From assembly GCA_964355175.1 (NCBI GenBank), contig CAYHBZ010000001.1:304523-368522 (forward strand): a stretch of 64,000 nucleotides of DNA, written 5' to 3'. Source of the stretch: an uncultured Gammaproteobacteria bacterium. Lineage in GTDB: Bacteria; Patescibacteriota; Patescibacteriia; Magasanikbacterales; GWA2-37-8. Below the pieces are notes generated by a model. It saw only the letters and a list, made by a program, of their open reading frames with translations, was not told the DNA's origin and did no database searches. This document shows, piece after piece, positions 21,629 through 31,766 of this stretch (position 1 is its first letter; the number at the start of each line of letters is the position of its first letter). A program made the translations under genes and the position numbers.

Positions 21629-22630
21629 TTGACAAAACCCCAAAATGGGGATATAATCGCCTGTTCCTTATATATGAAGAAAATAGTTTTACAAATTCAC
21701 GATAAGATCAAAAACGCCAAAAATGTGGTTTTGATTCCGCATCAAAACGCCGATGGCGATGCCCTGGGATCGGCGGGCGCGCTTTTTGATTATCTCACTT
21801 CGCTTGGCATCCAAGTGCGTATTTTTTGTCTTACCCCTCTGAATCCCCGCCTGAGCTTTTTGCCGCATAGTGAAAAACTCACCACCGACCAAAGTATTTT
21901 TTTGGATAAAGAAATTGATTATATTATCGTAGTGGATTCCGGCGATCTGGAATATGCCGGCGTCCATAATTTGGTAAAAGATCATCCGGCCGAAATTATT
22001 AATATTGATCACCACCACACCAACAAACAATTTGGTACTCATAATTTAGTGATCCCCACCATGAGCTCTACCGCAGAAGTAATTTTTCATTTTCTGCGTC
22101 ATGTTCGCGCGCGCTTTACCCATCGTATTGCCACTGCCCTACTTACCGGCATCATCACCGACACCGATAATTTCACCAATGCCGCCACCTCCCAAAGCGC
22201 TATGGCCGCGGCCGGCGAACTGATTCGTCACGGTGGCAATTTGAATCTGATCAACACCCATACTGTCCGCAATAAATCCGTGAATCTCTTGCATTTATGG
22301 GGCGAAGTACTAAATCGCCTCCAAAAACACGAGGGTCTGGATATGGTCTATACCTATATCACCCAAGCCGATTTGGACAAACACCAAGTGAGCGAAAACG
22401 AAAGTGAAGGCATTGCCAATTTTCTCAACAACTTAGACGAAGGCAAGCTGGCCTTAATTCTCAAAGAAACAAAAGACGGAAAAATCAAAGGCAGTTTCCG
22501 TACCACTCGCGACGACACCGATGTCTCGGCGCTCGCCAAAAAAATGGGCGGCGGCGGACACAAAAAAGCGGCGGGATTTTCTACTACAGGTACAATTGAA
22601 GAAGTATTAGAAAAAATAATGGCTTTGTAA
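21629..22630 (+). CDS. DHH/DHHA1 family phosphoesterase (NrnA-like bifunctional oligoribonuclease/pAp phosphatase)
   Basis: HQNADGDALGSAGAL, IVVDSGD, NIDHHHTN (DHH motif) and C-terminal GGGH (DHHA1). The start may be the internal MKKIVLQ Met. Confidence 0.7.
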   Translation: MTKPQNGDIIACSLYMKKIVLQIHDKIKNAKNVVLIPHQNADGDALGSAGALFDYLTSLGIQVRIFCLTPLNPRLSFLPHSEKLTTDQSIFLDKEIDYIIVVDSGDLEYAGVHNLVKDHPAEIINIDHHHTNKQFGTHNLVIPTMSSTAEVIFHFLRHVRARFTHRIATALLTGIITDTDNFTNAATSQSAMAAAGELIRHGGNLNLINTHTVRNKSVNLLHLWGEVLNRLQKHEGLDMVYTYITQADLDKHQVSENESEGIANFLNNLDEGKLALILKETKDGKIKGSFRTTRDDTDVSALAKKMGGGGHKKAAGFSTTGTIEEVLEKIMAL

Positions 22631-22689
22631 TTTTTTGGTTGACCTGCGAGTATAATAATAGTAAAATATCAATAATACTTTCCATTCAC

Positions 22690-22845
22690 TCACCTGTGAA
22701 AACACTCGGATAATTTGCAACCCGCCGAAGCTCTGGCTCTGAACTCGTCGCTTGGCTCCTCAAACAGCAGAGCCAGCCACGCTTCGTCGGCTCACAAATT
22801 ATTTCCTCGTGTTTTCAATGGTTCGTTCATTGGAAAATATTATTT
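22690..22845. repeat. About 155-bp imperfect palindrome between the DHH gene and clpP
   Basis: Left arm ttccattcactcacctgtgaaaacactcggataatttgcaacccgccgaagctctggctctg and right arm cagagccagccacgcttcgtcggctcacaaattatttcctcgtgttttcaatggttcgttcattggaa are reverse complements with scattered mismatches. Confidence 0.4.
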
Positions 22846-22865
22846 CTACATAATTAAAACATACT

Positions 22866-23462
22866 ATGAATAACGACATTAAATCCCAGATACTTATTCC
22901 GACCGTTATTGAAAAAACCAGCTACGGCGAACGTGCCTACGATATCTATTCTCGCTTGCTTATAGATCGCATTATCTTCCTCGGCCAAGCGATCGACGAT
23001 CATGTGGCCAATATTGTAATCGCTCAATTGTTATTCTTGGAAAATCAAGACCCTAGCAAAGATATCAAAATATATATCAATTCCCCAGGAGGATCTGTAT
23101 CCGCCGGCATGGCCATCTACGACACCATGAAATATATCAAAGCCGATGTATCTACTATTTGTATCGGCATGGCCGCCAGTATGGCCGCCGTCTTGCTCGC
23201 ATCTGGCGCCAAAGGCAAACGCATGATTCTGCCCAACGCTGAAGTGATGATTCACCAAGTAATGGGCGGCATGGAAGGCCAAGCCAGTGATATCAAAATC
23301 CACGCTGAACGGATCCTACGCATGAAACAATCTCTGAATAAAATTTTGGCTGAACACACTGGTCAAGATATAAAAAAAGTAGAACAAGACACCGACCGTG
23401 ATAATTTTATGATTGCCAAAGACGCCGTCGCTTACGGCCTAGTAGACAAAATTGTTGAATAA
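22866..23462 (+). CDS. clpP: ATP-dependent Clp protease proteolytic subunit
   Basis: [34 protein letters not shown] (Ser nucleophile), MIHQ (His). Full-length ClpP fold. Confidence 0.9.
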   Translation: MNNDIKSQILIPTVIEKTSYGERAYDIYSRLLIDRIIFLGQAIDDHVANIVIAQLLFLENQDPSKDIKIYINSPGGSVSAGMAIYDTMKYIKADVSTICIGMAASMAAVLLASGAKGKRMILPNAEVMIHQVMGGMEGQASDIKIHAERILRMKQSLNKILAEHTGQDIKKVEQDTDRDNFMIAKDAVAYGLVDKIVE

Positions 23463-23517
23463 TTAGCTATAATTAGCCAAAAAATACCCAAAATTGGGTA
23501 TTTTTTGTTTTACCCCC

Positions 23518-23546
23518 TTGACAAGATCCTCATTCTATGCTATACT
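23518..23546 (+). promoter_or_regulatory. Consensus sigma70-type promoter
   Basis: TTGACA, a 17-nt spacer (agatcctcattctatgc), then TATACT. Followed by a non-coding transcribed region. Confidence 0.5.
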
Positions 23547-23551
23547 TATGA

Positions 23552-23800
23552 GTTGCTAAAAGTGAAGCACCCCGATTCGTTCGGGAACAGGATAAATAAG
23601 CATAGCCGCCCCATAAGGGTATTAGGATCCAGGTCAGTGCAAATTATCGATTCACAACAAGTAAGTATAATTAGCACCGACCCGTATCCACTACAAGCAT
23701 GGGGATGTGTTGACGGATAGAACTGGCTTCGGCTCGTCTTCTCCCTTGACACATCTTCTTGGGTGCGGTTTCCGGGGAATTAATTTTCCCCACAAAAACA
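23552..23800 (+). ncRNA. rnpB: Structured non-coding RNA, most likely a reduced RNase P RNA
   Basis: No ORF. A strong promoter and intrinsic terminator bracket it. Candidate P3 hairpin CCCGAUUCGUUCGGG. AGGAUAAAUAAGCAUAG with a single bulge can pair with 3' CUGGCUU (P4-like pseudoknot). CAUAAGGGUAUUAGG..CCAGGUCAGUGCAA resembles RNase P conserved regions (CAUAGGGCAGG..CCAGUGCAACAG). GAUAGAACUGGCUUCGG resembles ACAGAACCCGGCUUAUCGG. Confidence 0.45.
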
Positions 23801-23803
23801 ACA

Positions 23804-23836
23804 CTGCCTACTTCAAAAAAGTAGGCAGTTTTTTTA
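23804..23836. terminator. Bidirectional intrinsic terminator
   Basis: ctgcctacttc-aaaaaa-gtaggcag is flanked by A-run upstream and T-run downstream. It can serve the + strand ncRNA and the converging minus-strand vanW-like gene. Confidence 0.6.
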
Positions 23837-23854
23837 TTTTTATTTAATTTATTA

Positions 23855-25846
23855 CTAATTGTTTATCGGCACTGGTTCGCTAGGTGTAGCTCCTTGAGCT
23901 TCTGTCGCACCAACCGCCGGAGCTGCACAAGTTTCGCCTGGTTTGCACTCTGGCACCGCGTCCACACCCACCATACAAATTTTTGGCAACGGTCGATAGT
24001 AGCTATCAAACACACGATCTATTTTTTCACCAGCTGGCGTAACTCTACTATAAGTAAAACTGGCCACCGCGCCGCGAAAAGCATTTTGACATTTTACTTC
24101 GCCAGGTTTTAATTTAGCACTTTTTATTTCTTGTGGCTCGCCCGATGGAATCCATTTTTTTACGAGCGGATGAGTGTACGACCCATTGCGACCATCCGGT
24201 TTACCCCAGAGCGTGAAGATAAGTTGTTGTTTTTTATAATCAATCTCGGTCTGCAACAACAAATAATGTCCGGTATCATTTTTAAATTTTAAATCGAGTG
24301 ACGGCTCATACAAAGTAGCATCGGTACCGGGATTGCCATTCACCGGATCGGAATAATACCCGACCACCAAAGAATGATTTTGACGTTGGGTAATATCCAT
24401 ACCAGAATTCATGGCCATACGGAAAAGAGTGGTACCGATCTGACACATACCACCACCTATTTCATTTTTTATTTCGTTTCCTTTAATCACCGCTTCCGGC
24501 AGAAAACCATTTTCCGCCGTAAACGGACCAGCATAGCGGATAGCGGAAAATTCTTCATCTGGTTTTATAAGCGCACCATTTAGACGTGCCACGGCGTGGG
24601 CGATATTTTTGATACGATTGGTATGGCTATCTTTAAAAGTAGAATATCCCACCCCTACCACTTCTTCAATACCAAGCTCATTGGCATTGGCCATTTTTAC
24701 TACCGGCTCCGCCACATCTACAGTAAGCGCTACGGTTTTATTGGCTTGAGCCGGATGATAATTTCTATCTTTAAAAGCGGCATTGAGATCAGCATAAGTT
24801 TTTTCAGCATTCAAAGTAAGACCCGTTTGACTGGCTTGAAATTCCTTGACTTTACCTTTTTCATCCACGGCAAATTTGGCATCTTGCGCCGATCTATCTA
24901 CTAGGGGGCGCAGGCTCTCCAAATAAGTTTTTACTTTTTCTTGATTTAAAATAAATATCGGCTGTTGATTTTCATCCTTGGTCACTTCAATCCAGCCGCC
25001 ATATTGCGCCAAGGTCAAAGGCCAATCACGACGAGCTTTGGTCTGCGGATCCACATAATTTAATCCTAGATCACCATATCCCAAAACAGCCGCTAAATTT
25101 TCACTGGCTTTTTGGGCGTCAGAAAATTTTATGGCCGGTTCAAATTGTTTGGCGGTGACCGGTATATTTCCGAGATAGAGCTGACTCAAATTTGTTTGAA
25201 TTTGTTCAATAATTTTTTCATACTCAAATTCCAGCCCAGACTGCTCGGACACCACCGAATAATTCAACGGTGAAAAAGAAGTAATAAAAATATTAGCGTT
25301 GCGCGGTTTGTCTACTTTGTCGTCCAGATTATCTTTAAGCAGGCTCATTAAATTTAGCCAGTCTACTTTTACCGGCACATTCAAATTAGTATTTTGAACA
25401 CGATAATACAGCGGTCCAAACAAACGCGCCGGCCAACTACCCCCGCGGCCAAGTCCGTAAGCCGCCTGCCACAAAGCATAGCTGTCCAGCTTCACCAATT
25501 CAGCTGCCTCGCCGCCGCTGGCGACAGTATCAATACGCAAAACGGTTTTTTTATCGTTCACATTCACATCCAAATTTATACCCTCTTTGGACAATCTATT
25601 GTTGGTAGTCTCAATAAAATTATTTAAATCAGAGCGTGTCATCGAGCCAAGATGATAATTTCCGGCATAAACTCCCGGATAAATTTTATCCTGATAAACT
25701 TTCAAATAAGTAGCCGTTGCCCCCGAAACCACACCAAGTACCGCGACCAAAACCAAAAAAAATACCGCGACTATTTTTAGCGGACGCTTCCAAGGTTTTG
25801 CCTCCACCGATTCGCTCGGAAAGGTCTGTTTGATATCTTCATTCAT
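23855..25846 (-). CDS. VanW-domain protein (membrane-anchored, cell-wall associated)
   Basis: N-terminal TM anchor; C-terminal GGGMCQIGTTLFRMAMNSG...RQNHS matches the VanW-family core (GGGVCQVSTT..). Confidence 0.6.
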   Translation of the reverse strand: MNEDIKQTFPSESVEAKPWKRPLKIVAVFFLVLVAVLGVVSGATATYLKVYQDKIYPGVYAGNYHLGSMTRSDLNNFIETTNNRLSKEGINLDVNVNDKKTVLRIDTVASGGEAAELVKLDSYALWQAAYGLGRGGSWPARLFGPLYYRVQNTNLNVPVKVDWLNLMSLLKDNLDDKVDKPRNANIFITSFSPLNYSVVSEQSGLEFEYEKIIEQIQTNLSQLYLGNIPVTAKQFEPAIKFSDAQKASENLAAVLGYGDLGLNYVDPQTKARRDWPLTLAQYGGWIEVTKDENQQPIFILNQEKVKTYLESLRPLVDRSAQDAKFAVDEKGKVKEFQASQTGLTLNAEKTYADLNAAFKDRNYHPAQANKTVALTVDVAEPVVKMANANELGIEEVVGVGYSTFKDSHTNRIKNIAHAVARLNGALIKPDEEFSAIRYAGPFTAENGFLPEAVIKGNEIKNEIGGGMCQIGTTLFRMAMNSGMDITQRQNHSLVVGYYSDPVNGNPGTDATLYEPSLDLKFKNDTGHYLLLQTEIDYKKQQLIFTLWGKPDGRNGSYTHPLVKKWIPSGEPQEIKSAKLKPGEVKCQNAFRGAVASFTYSRVTPAGEKIDRVFDSYYRPLPKICMVGVDAVPECKPGETCAAPAVGATEAQGATPSEPVPINN

Positions 25847-25848
25847 AA

Positions 25849-26301
25849 TTATTCCTCCACTATAATAATTGGGATATTACCATCTACTTTATTTTTTGGC
25901 AACGCCACCGTCAGTACCCCATTTTTAAACTCAGCTCGGGCCATTTCCACTTTTACTTCCACCGGCAATACGATGGTGCGTGAAAATTTACCCCAATAAC
26001 ATTCGCGATAAAAAAATTCCAGCTCAGTGCTCAGCGGCGATTGGCGCTCACCACGAATCGTGAGCACATCATTTTGTAAATGCAATTCCACATTTTCCGG
26101 TTTGCATCCGGCCATCGGCGCCACCACTACCACTTCGTCTTTTGTCTGCACCACATCTATCGCCAGCTGACCTTCGCTGTTTAAAGCCGAAGATTCCGTC
26201 GAATTCCCTTTCATGAAATCGGCTAAGATAGAAAAATCATCTGCATTGTTTTCAAGTGGCAGAGAAAAATTATTATTCATATGTCTATTATTATACAACA
26301 A
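25849..26301 (-). CDS. Hsp20/alpha-crystallin family small heat-shock protein
   Basis: Alpha-crystallin domain: AIDVVQTKDEVVVVAPMAG..., ..AEFKNGVLTVALPK. Confidence 0.8.
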   Translation of the reverse strand: MLYNNRHMNNNFSLPLENNADDFSILADFMKGNSTESSALNSEGQLAIDVVQTKDEVVVVAPMAGCKPENVELHLQNDVLTIRGERQSPLSTELEFFYRECYWGKFSRTIVLPVEVKVEMARAEFKNGVLTVALPKNKVDGNIPIIIVEE

Positions 26302-26352
26302 ATTTCAAAAAAACAAAAATCGGCGACCAAAGCCAAATTTGCTAATTTTGCA

Positions 26353-28203
26353 CTATCGTTTTGGAACCTTTTGATCAATCTTGGAAGCCAATTTATGCTC
26401 GGCGCAATAATCCACTACGGCCTCAAGGAAAATCTTGCCGTACTTGGCCAATTTTATATCACCAAATCCGGAAATCTTACGCACATCCTCCAAAGTCAGC
26501 GGCAGATAGGCCGACAGTTCGAGCAAAGTAGCGTCGGAAAATATCAGATAAGCCGGTACATTTTCTTTCTGTGCCAATTCGGTGCGGACGATTTTGAGTT
26601 TACCAAATAATTCCTCTTCATAAGGAATATCTCCGAGAGACACTTTCTTGCTTTTTTCTTTCACGGTTTCTATTTCTTTTTTATCCGCGATTTTTACCAA
26701 GAAAATTTTCTCTTTGCCCAGCAGGACATCACGACTTTTTTCCGTAAGCGCCAAAATTGGATATTCACTGCCGACTTGTTTGAGATAATCAAAAGAAATC
26801 AAATCTTTAAAATAGCGAAACCAATCTTCTTTGGGAATATCTTTGCCAATGCCGTAAGTTTTCAGAGTTTTGTGATACTCGCTAATTTTTTGGTTTTTGG
26901 AACCGCGCAAAAAATCCACCACATAAGTAAGTCCATAGCGACTTTCCAATCTGGCCACGGCCGACAAAGCTTTTTGGGCAATTACGGTAGCGTCAAATTT
27001 TTCACGTACGGTGAGACAGACATCACAATTACCACACTGCTCCGGCGCTTCTTCATCGAAATAATTTAATATGGCCCGACGGCGGCAAGCATTGGCTTCG
27101 CATAGAGTAGCCATTTGCGAAAGTTTACGCAACATTATTCGTGTTTGCTCCGGATTATTTTCTACAGCGGCAAATCTTTTGAGTTTCATTACATCACCGC
27201 CGCTGTAAAATAAAATTGCTTCACTTTTCAGCCCATCACGGCCGGCACGTCCGGTTTCCTGATAATAGCTTTCGATATTTTTTGGCAAATCACCGTGAAT
27301 CACAAAACGCACATTGGACTTGTTTATACCCATGCCAAAAGCAATCGTAGCCACAATTATTTTTATCTGATCTTTGATAAATAGGTCCTGGTGTTTTTGT
27401 CTTTTGTCTCCATTTAATCCGGCATGATAAGACTTTACCGAAAAACCGTCGGCTTTTAATTTATCCGCCATCTTGTCGGCCGAATTACGCGATAATACAT
27501 AGATAATACCAGAATCATCGCGATGTTTTTTCAGGTAAGCTACTATCTGCTCATACATTTTTCGTTTTGGCTCGACACTATAATGAATATTGGGGCGATT
27601 GAAACTAGAGGTAAAAACGCTTGGTTTTTTTAGCTGTAATTTATTTAAAATATCATCACGCGTGAGCTGATCCGCCGTAGCCGTGAGCGCGATAGTCGGC
27701 ACCTGTGGAAATTGTTTTTTCAGCGACGACAACAAGCGATACTCTGGCCTGAAATCATGCCCCCAGCTGGAAATACAATGCGCTTCATCAATCGCAAACA
27801 AAGAAATATCCAAATCTCTCAAAAAAACCAAAAACTGCTGATTATTACCAAGCAGCCTCTCTGGAGAAACATATAATAATTTTATTTCTTTTCTTTCCAA
27901 CTGCCTATAAATATCCGAAAGTTCATCATTATCAAGCGATGAATTCATGTAGGCCGCCCTGATGCCATTGAGGCGCAAAGCATCTACTTGATCTTTCATC
28001 AGAGCGATGAGCGGCGAGATTACCACCGTCAAACCACCAAACATCAAAGCCGGAATCTGATAACATAGTGACTTTCCCCCGCCAGTGGGCATCAAAACAA
28101 ACGCATCTCGTTTTTGCAAGATGGTTTGGATAATTTCTTCTTGATTGAATCGAAATGATTCGTAACCAAATTTGGTTTTAAGAATTTGCGCGGGAGATTG
28201 CAT
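26353..28203 (-). CDS. recQ: ATP-dependent DNA helicase RecQ
   Basis: [24 protein letters not shown] (motif I), DEAH ([19 protein letters not shown]), a Zn-binding Cys cluster (CGNCDVC) and C-terminal RQC/HRDC-like regions. Confidence 0.9.
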   Translation of the reverse strand: MQSPAQILKTKFGYESFRFNQEEIIQTILQKRDAFVLMPTGGGKSLCYQIPALMFGGLTVVISPLIALMKDQVDALRLNGIRAAYMNSSLDNDELSDIYRQLERKEIKLLYVSPERLLGNNQQFLVFLRDLDISLFAIDEAHCISSWGHDFRPEYRLLSSLKKQFPQVPTIALTATADQLTRDDILNKLQLKKPSVFTSSFNRPNIHYSVEPKRKMYEQIVAYLKKHRDDSGIIYVLSRNSADKMADKLKADGFSVKSYHAGLNGDKRQKHQDLFIKDQIKIIVATIAFGMGINKSNVRFVIHGDLPKNIESYYQETGRAGRDGLKSEAILFYSGGDVMKLKRFAAVENNPEQTRIMLRKLSQMATLCEANACRRRAILNYFDEEAPEQCGNCDVCLTVREKFDATVIAQKALSAVARLESRYGLTYVVDFLRGSKNQKISEYHKTLKTYGIGKDIPKEDWFRYFKDLISFDYLKQVGSEYPILALTEKSRDVLLGKEKIFLVKIADKKEIETVKEKSKKVSLGDIPYEEELFGKLKIVRTELAQKENVPAYLIFSDATLLELSAYLPLTLEDVRKISGFGDIKLAKYGKIFLEAVVDYCAEHKLASKIDQKVPKR

Positions 28204-28221
28204 TAGTTTAAAAGTTTCAGG

Positions 28222-28641
28222 CTATTGTGCACAAGAACGAGCCAATAAATAATCGTTGGCCGTCGGCTCGGCGCCATTTTTAATTTCATTGGCGCGCTTC
28301 TCGCCCAATTTGGCATAGAAACACGCTTCCATAGCCGGAGTAATTTGAGTCGGCAACTTCGCCGGATCAATACCCACTTTCTCCAGCGCTTGTTCTTGGG
28401 CCGGAGATAACATCGGATTCTTGTCTACTGCCGCATTGTTTGTATTTTTTGTCGTAGAGGCTGGTTGTCCATATGAATTTTGAAGCAAAGGTTTGATACC
28501 ATATGGATCGGCCACATACAGATAAATACCCGCAATGATTAGGAGAAAGAAAATGATTCCCAGAATCATAAAAAATATTTGCAGAAATTTTTTCATATAA
28601 TTTTGATTTAAATATATTACCAGATTTATTGTATCACCCAT
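28222..28641 (-). CDS. Hypothetical membrane-anchored protein
   Basis: ORF with N-terminal TM helix (FLQIFFMILGIIFFLLIIAGIYLYV). No recognisable domain. Confidence 0.35.
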   Translation of the reverse strand: MGDTINLVIYLNQNYMKKFLQIFFMILGIIFFLLIIAGIYLYVADPYGIKPLLQNSYGQPASTTKNTNNAAVDKNPMLSPAQEQALEKVGIDPAKLPTQITPAMEACFYAKLGEKRANEIKNGAEPTANDYLLARSCAQ

Positions 28642-28688
28642 CTATAACAAAAGCAAAAAGCGAGCTATTAACTCACTTTTCACGTCCG

Positions 28689-28779
28689 CGGAGAGGCAGG
28701 GATTTGAACCCTGGATGCAGTTTTAAAGCTGCATAACACATTAGCAGTGTGCCGCTTTCGACCACTCAGCCACCTCTCC
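28689..28779 (-). tRNA. tRNA-Ser (anticodon GCU), long variable arm
   Basis: The reverse complement ggagaggtggctgagtggtcgaaagcggcacactgctaatgtgttatgcagctttaaaactgcatccagggttcaaatccctgcctctccg has anticodon loop cuGCUaa and a long extra arm, typical of class II tRNAs. Confidence 0.8.
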
Positions 28780-28855
28780 AAAATATGTAAATTGTGCTAT
28801 AATTGTACCAGAAAAATAAAAATAGTCAACCCATCTGCAATTATCAACTTAGCTA

Positions 28856-30445
28856 TTGATTATGAAAAAAATACTTTTTTGGCTGTTATTGGTACTAAAT
28901 TTAGTCTATCCGCTGACCATTATATCCAATACCCTAGACGGTGATTTCGGTTGGCATCTGCGTTTTGGACAGGATATCCACACGCAGAGCTCTTTTCCCT
29001 ACCTCGATACCTACACCTATACAAAATATGGCGAACCTTGGACCAATCACGAGTGGGGCGGCGACTGGATTATTTACCAGGTTTATTCTCATCTAGGATA
29101 CTTCTGGATCAATATCATCGTGGCACTGGCCGGCGCTCTCGCTTTTTGGATTATCGGCAAAGCATTTATTAAAAAACCTGGAGTTTCTTTTTTGTTTTTT
29201 GCTCTGGCCTGCCAGATGGCCGTGTACCATATTTTCGCGCCACGTCTGGCGATGTTTTCGCAATTATTTGCCGCTTTGATTATTTTAATAATTGAAAAAT
29301 ATTCCTCCCGTCCGCGCGCGCTATACCTGATACCGTTTATTATCTGGCTGTGGTCCGTTTTGCACGGTAGCTGGATTTTGGGCTTTATTATTATGAATAT
29401 TTATTTGGGTTGTGCCGTGCTTCCATATATTGTGGGCCAAAAATACCAAAAATATTTTAATGAAGAAAAAAAGCCGCTTACTTTTATTTATCAGCTAATA
29501 GGGATTCAATTGCTGGCGGCAGTGCTAATTATAATCAATCCCTACGGCATAAAAATTTGGCAAGAAATCTTTCAGTATTTTGGACAAAATTACTACAAAG
29601 CCCACATTAGCGAATGGACACCGAGCTATGCTTATCCGGTGTTTCCAAAAATTTTGATTTTGCAGACCATTACCTTAGTATTGGTAATATACGGCTTTAT
29701 CAAACGCAAAGTAAAATTTACTTACCTGACTTTTTTCCTGGCCTTTTTTTACGCGGCCATGATGTACAAACGCCAAGCGATTTTTACCGCCCTGCTTTCC
29801 GCCCCAATATTATATTATACCGCCACTTTTATGCGGGAACAGATGACCAATTTAAAATTTTATAACTTTTTTATAAAACAAAAAGAAAAATTCTATTTTG
29901 TCGGAATAATTATCACGATACTTTTGATAATATTCTATGCCCGCCAAATGCACTATACCGATGATCCTTGGAATGACAAAATTCTTTCCTATAATAACGC
30001 TCCGCCCTACGAAGCGACCATATTTTTACAAAACTATACCGCGGGAAAATCAATAAAATTATTCAATGAATTCAGTTGGGGTGGATTTTTAAATTGGATG
30101 TTGCCAAATGCTCTGGTATATCTGGACGGCCGCGGCAGTGCCACCTGGATGCACGACAAAAATACCAGCATGCTACAACACTATATCGAACTCAAAGAAG
30201 AAGATAATGCCGTAAAAATAATTGAAGATACCGGGGCGGACTATATCATGTTACGCTATCCCAAATTTGTCATTAGCGGCATTCCCAGCTTCGCCGACCG
30301 ACATTTATTTGGTGATAATTTCAAAGAATATTTCGTGAATCATGAAGAAAAACTGAGGGAGAAAATTGACAATAGCGGTCACTGGAAAAAAATATATTCA
30401 GACAATCGCGCTAACATCTGGCAAAAAATTAATCCCGCGCCATAA
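28856..30445 (+). CDS. Polytopic integral membrane protein (more than 10 TM), possibly a GT-C-type glycosyltransferase
   Basis: 529 aa, hydrophobic throughout with periplasmic-loop aromatic and acidic residues. No confident family assignment. Confidence 0.4.
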   Translation: MIMKKILFWLLLVLNLVYPLTIISNTLDGDFGWHLRFGQDIHTQSSFPYLDTYTYTKYGEPWTNHEWGGDWIIYQVYSHLGYFWINIIVALAGALAFWIIGKAFIKKPGVSFLFFALACQMAVYHIFAPRLAMFSQLFAALIILIIEKYSSRPRALYLIPFIIWLWSVLHGSWILGFIIMNIYLGCAVLPYIVGQKYQKYFNEEKKPLTFIYQLIGIQLLAAVLIIINPYGIKIWQEIFQYFGQNYYKAHISEWTPSYAYPVFPKILILQTITLVLVIYGFIKRKVKFTYLTFFLAFFYAAMMYKRQAIFTALLSAPILYYTATFMREQMTNLKFYNFFIKQKEKFYFVGIIITILLIIFYARQMHYTDDPWNDKILSYNNAPPYEATIFLQNYTAGKSIKLFNEFSWGGFLNWMLPNALVYLDGRGSATWMHDKNTSMLQHYIELKEEDNAVKIIEDTGADYIMLRYPKFVISGIPSFADRHLFGDNFKEYFVNHEEKLREKIDNSGHWKKIYSDNRANIWQKINPAP

Positions 30446-31157
30446 CCAGTCCATACACTTTTTGCGCTCCGGCGGATTTTAATACACGCGCACACTCCTG
30501 CATCGTGGCCCCGCTCGTGAAAACATCATCCACCAAAATAATATTTTTAGAGAGCGCGTCACGACCTTGCCAAACAAAAGCGCCATTTAGATTGGACAGG
30601 CGCTCAGCTCGATTTAATTTGGCTTGCTGTTTGGTAAATTTTATTCTCTGTAAATTGAGATCATCCAACTGAATACCCGGATGATCTTTTTTTAATACTT
30701 GAAAAATATTTTGCGCGATTAATTGCGCCTGATTGAATCCGCGCTCACGCCGACGCCGGCTATGTAGCGGCACGGGCACAAGTGTGGCATCACAGCTAGG
30801 CAGATTACCGGCTTGCCAAATAGTATTCAAAAATTCTGTCGTGATTTGAAGCCAAAGATTATTGATATCCGTAACTAGATTATACTTAAATTTTTTTATC
30901 AATCCACTCACCGCTCTATTATTTTGATAATTAAAAAAGGCGGCCACAGCTTCTAGACTGCTGGCCGCCTGACAATTGAGACAATTTTTGCCGTTTAAAT
31001 TTTTCAGATGACAAACTGGACAATAAAATTCTCCGCCGTTAAAACTTTGTATTATACAACTATCACACCACCACACACCCTCTTGATCGCAGCCCAAACA
31101 AAATATCGGAAACAAACAATCCTTTATAAATTGCACTAGCTCCCCTCCCCTAAACAT
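30429..31157 (-). CDS. comF: ComF family competence protein (phosphoribosyltransferase domain, ComFC-like)
   Basis: N-terminal 4-Cys zinc finger (CLGCD..CDSC..CPVC..CLNC) and C-terminal PRTase motif ILVDDVFTSGATM. Confidence 0.75.
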   Translation of the reverse strand: MFRGGELVQFIKDCLFPIFCLGCDQEGVWWCDSCIIQSFNGGEFYCPVCHLKNLNGKNCLNCQAASSLEAVAAFFNYQNNRAVSGLIKKFKYNLVTDINNLWLQITTEFLNTIWQAGNLPSCDATLVPVPLHSRRRRERGFNQAQLIAQNIFQVLKKDHPGIQLDDLNLQRIKFTKQQAKLNRAERLSNLNGAFVWQGRDALSKNIILVDDVFTSGATMQECARVLKSAGAQKVYGLVMARD

Positions 31158-31160
31158 ATT

Positions 31161-31757
31161 TTATTTTACCATTGTAAAATTATCTACAAACCAAGTGTCG
31201 CCACTTTTTACCAAGCTCACTTTGGCCTGAGCGTCTTTTTGAGTAATCACTCCGCCTTTTTCTTCAGTAATTTTTACCTGCAAATCTACCGTCGCGCTGA
31301 CATCAGTCCAAGCGGATATTTTGGCGCTATAGGCCTCCACACTCACGGCATAAAAATTTGGACTATTAGCGGGAATATTAGCCGGAATTTTGGCACTTAA
31401 TTGTTTCCAGTAGCTGTCGGTGGCCAAACTTTCCACATCCATCATATTCTGATAGCGGCTTTCCGAAGAATATGAATTCAATCTTTCCACGAAAATTTTA
31501 GCAAAATTTTGAGCGGCCTTTTGCTGAGTTTCCAAAGTGCTGGTTTTTGGCACATTTACATTCTGTAGATTGGTGACTGGCAAAGTGGTGCCGGCAGGAT
31601 TACTTTCAGAGTCGCCAGGCAATACTGTATTACCAGCATTATCTACTGCCGGAGCATTTTTATTTTTGGAGCGCACATACAAAAATATACTGACACCCAA
31701 AATAAATAATACGATTAAACTAACTACGATAAAAATACGGGCGCGTAATGACATCAT
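31161..31757 (-). CDS. Hypothetical membrane-anchored extracytoplasmic protein (possible VirB8-like component; speculative)
   Basis: N-terminal TM (IFIVVSLIVLFILGVSIFLYV) plus a soluble domain of about 150 aa. Directly downstream of VirB4 on the same strand. Confidence 0.35.
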   Translation of the reverse strand: MMSLRARIFIVVSLIVLFILGVSIFLYVRSKNKNAPAVDNAGNTVLPGDSESNPAGTTLPVTNLQNVNVPKTSTLETQQKAAQNFAKIFVERLNSYSSESRYQNMMDVESLATDSYWKQLSAKIPANIPANSPNFYAVSVEAYSAKISAWTDVSATVDLQVKITEEKGGVITQKDAQAKVSLVKSGDTWFVDNFTMVK

Positions 31758-31766
31758 ACAAAATTA

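Noticed and set aside
23552-23800. tmRNA or SRP RNA identity for the ncRNA downstream of clpP
   Set aside because: There is no tRNA-like 3' end (GGUUCGAnUCC...CCA) and no tag ORF for tmRNA. SRP domain IV (GGAAGCAGCC with a GNRA loop) is absent. RNase P-like motifs fit better, but the identity remains tentative.
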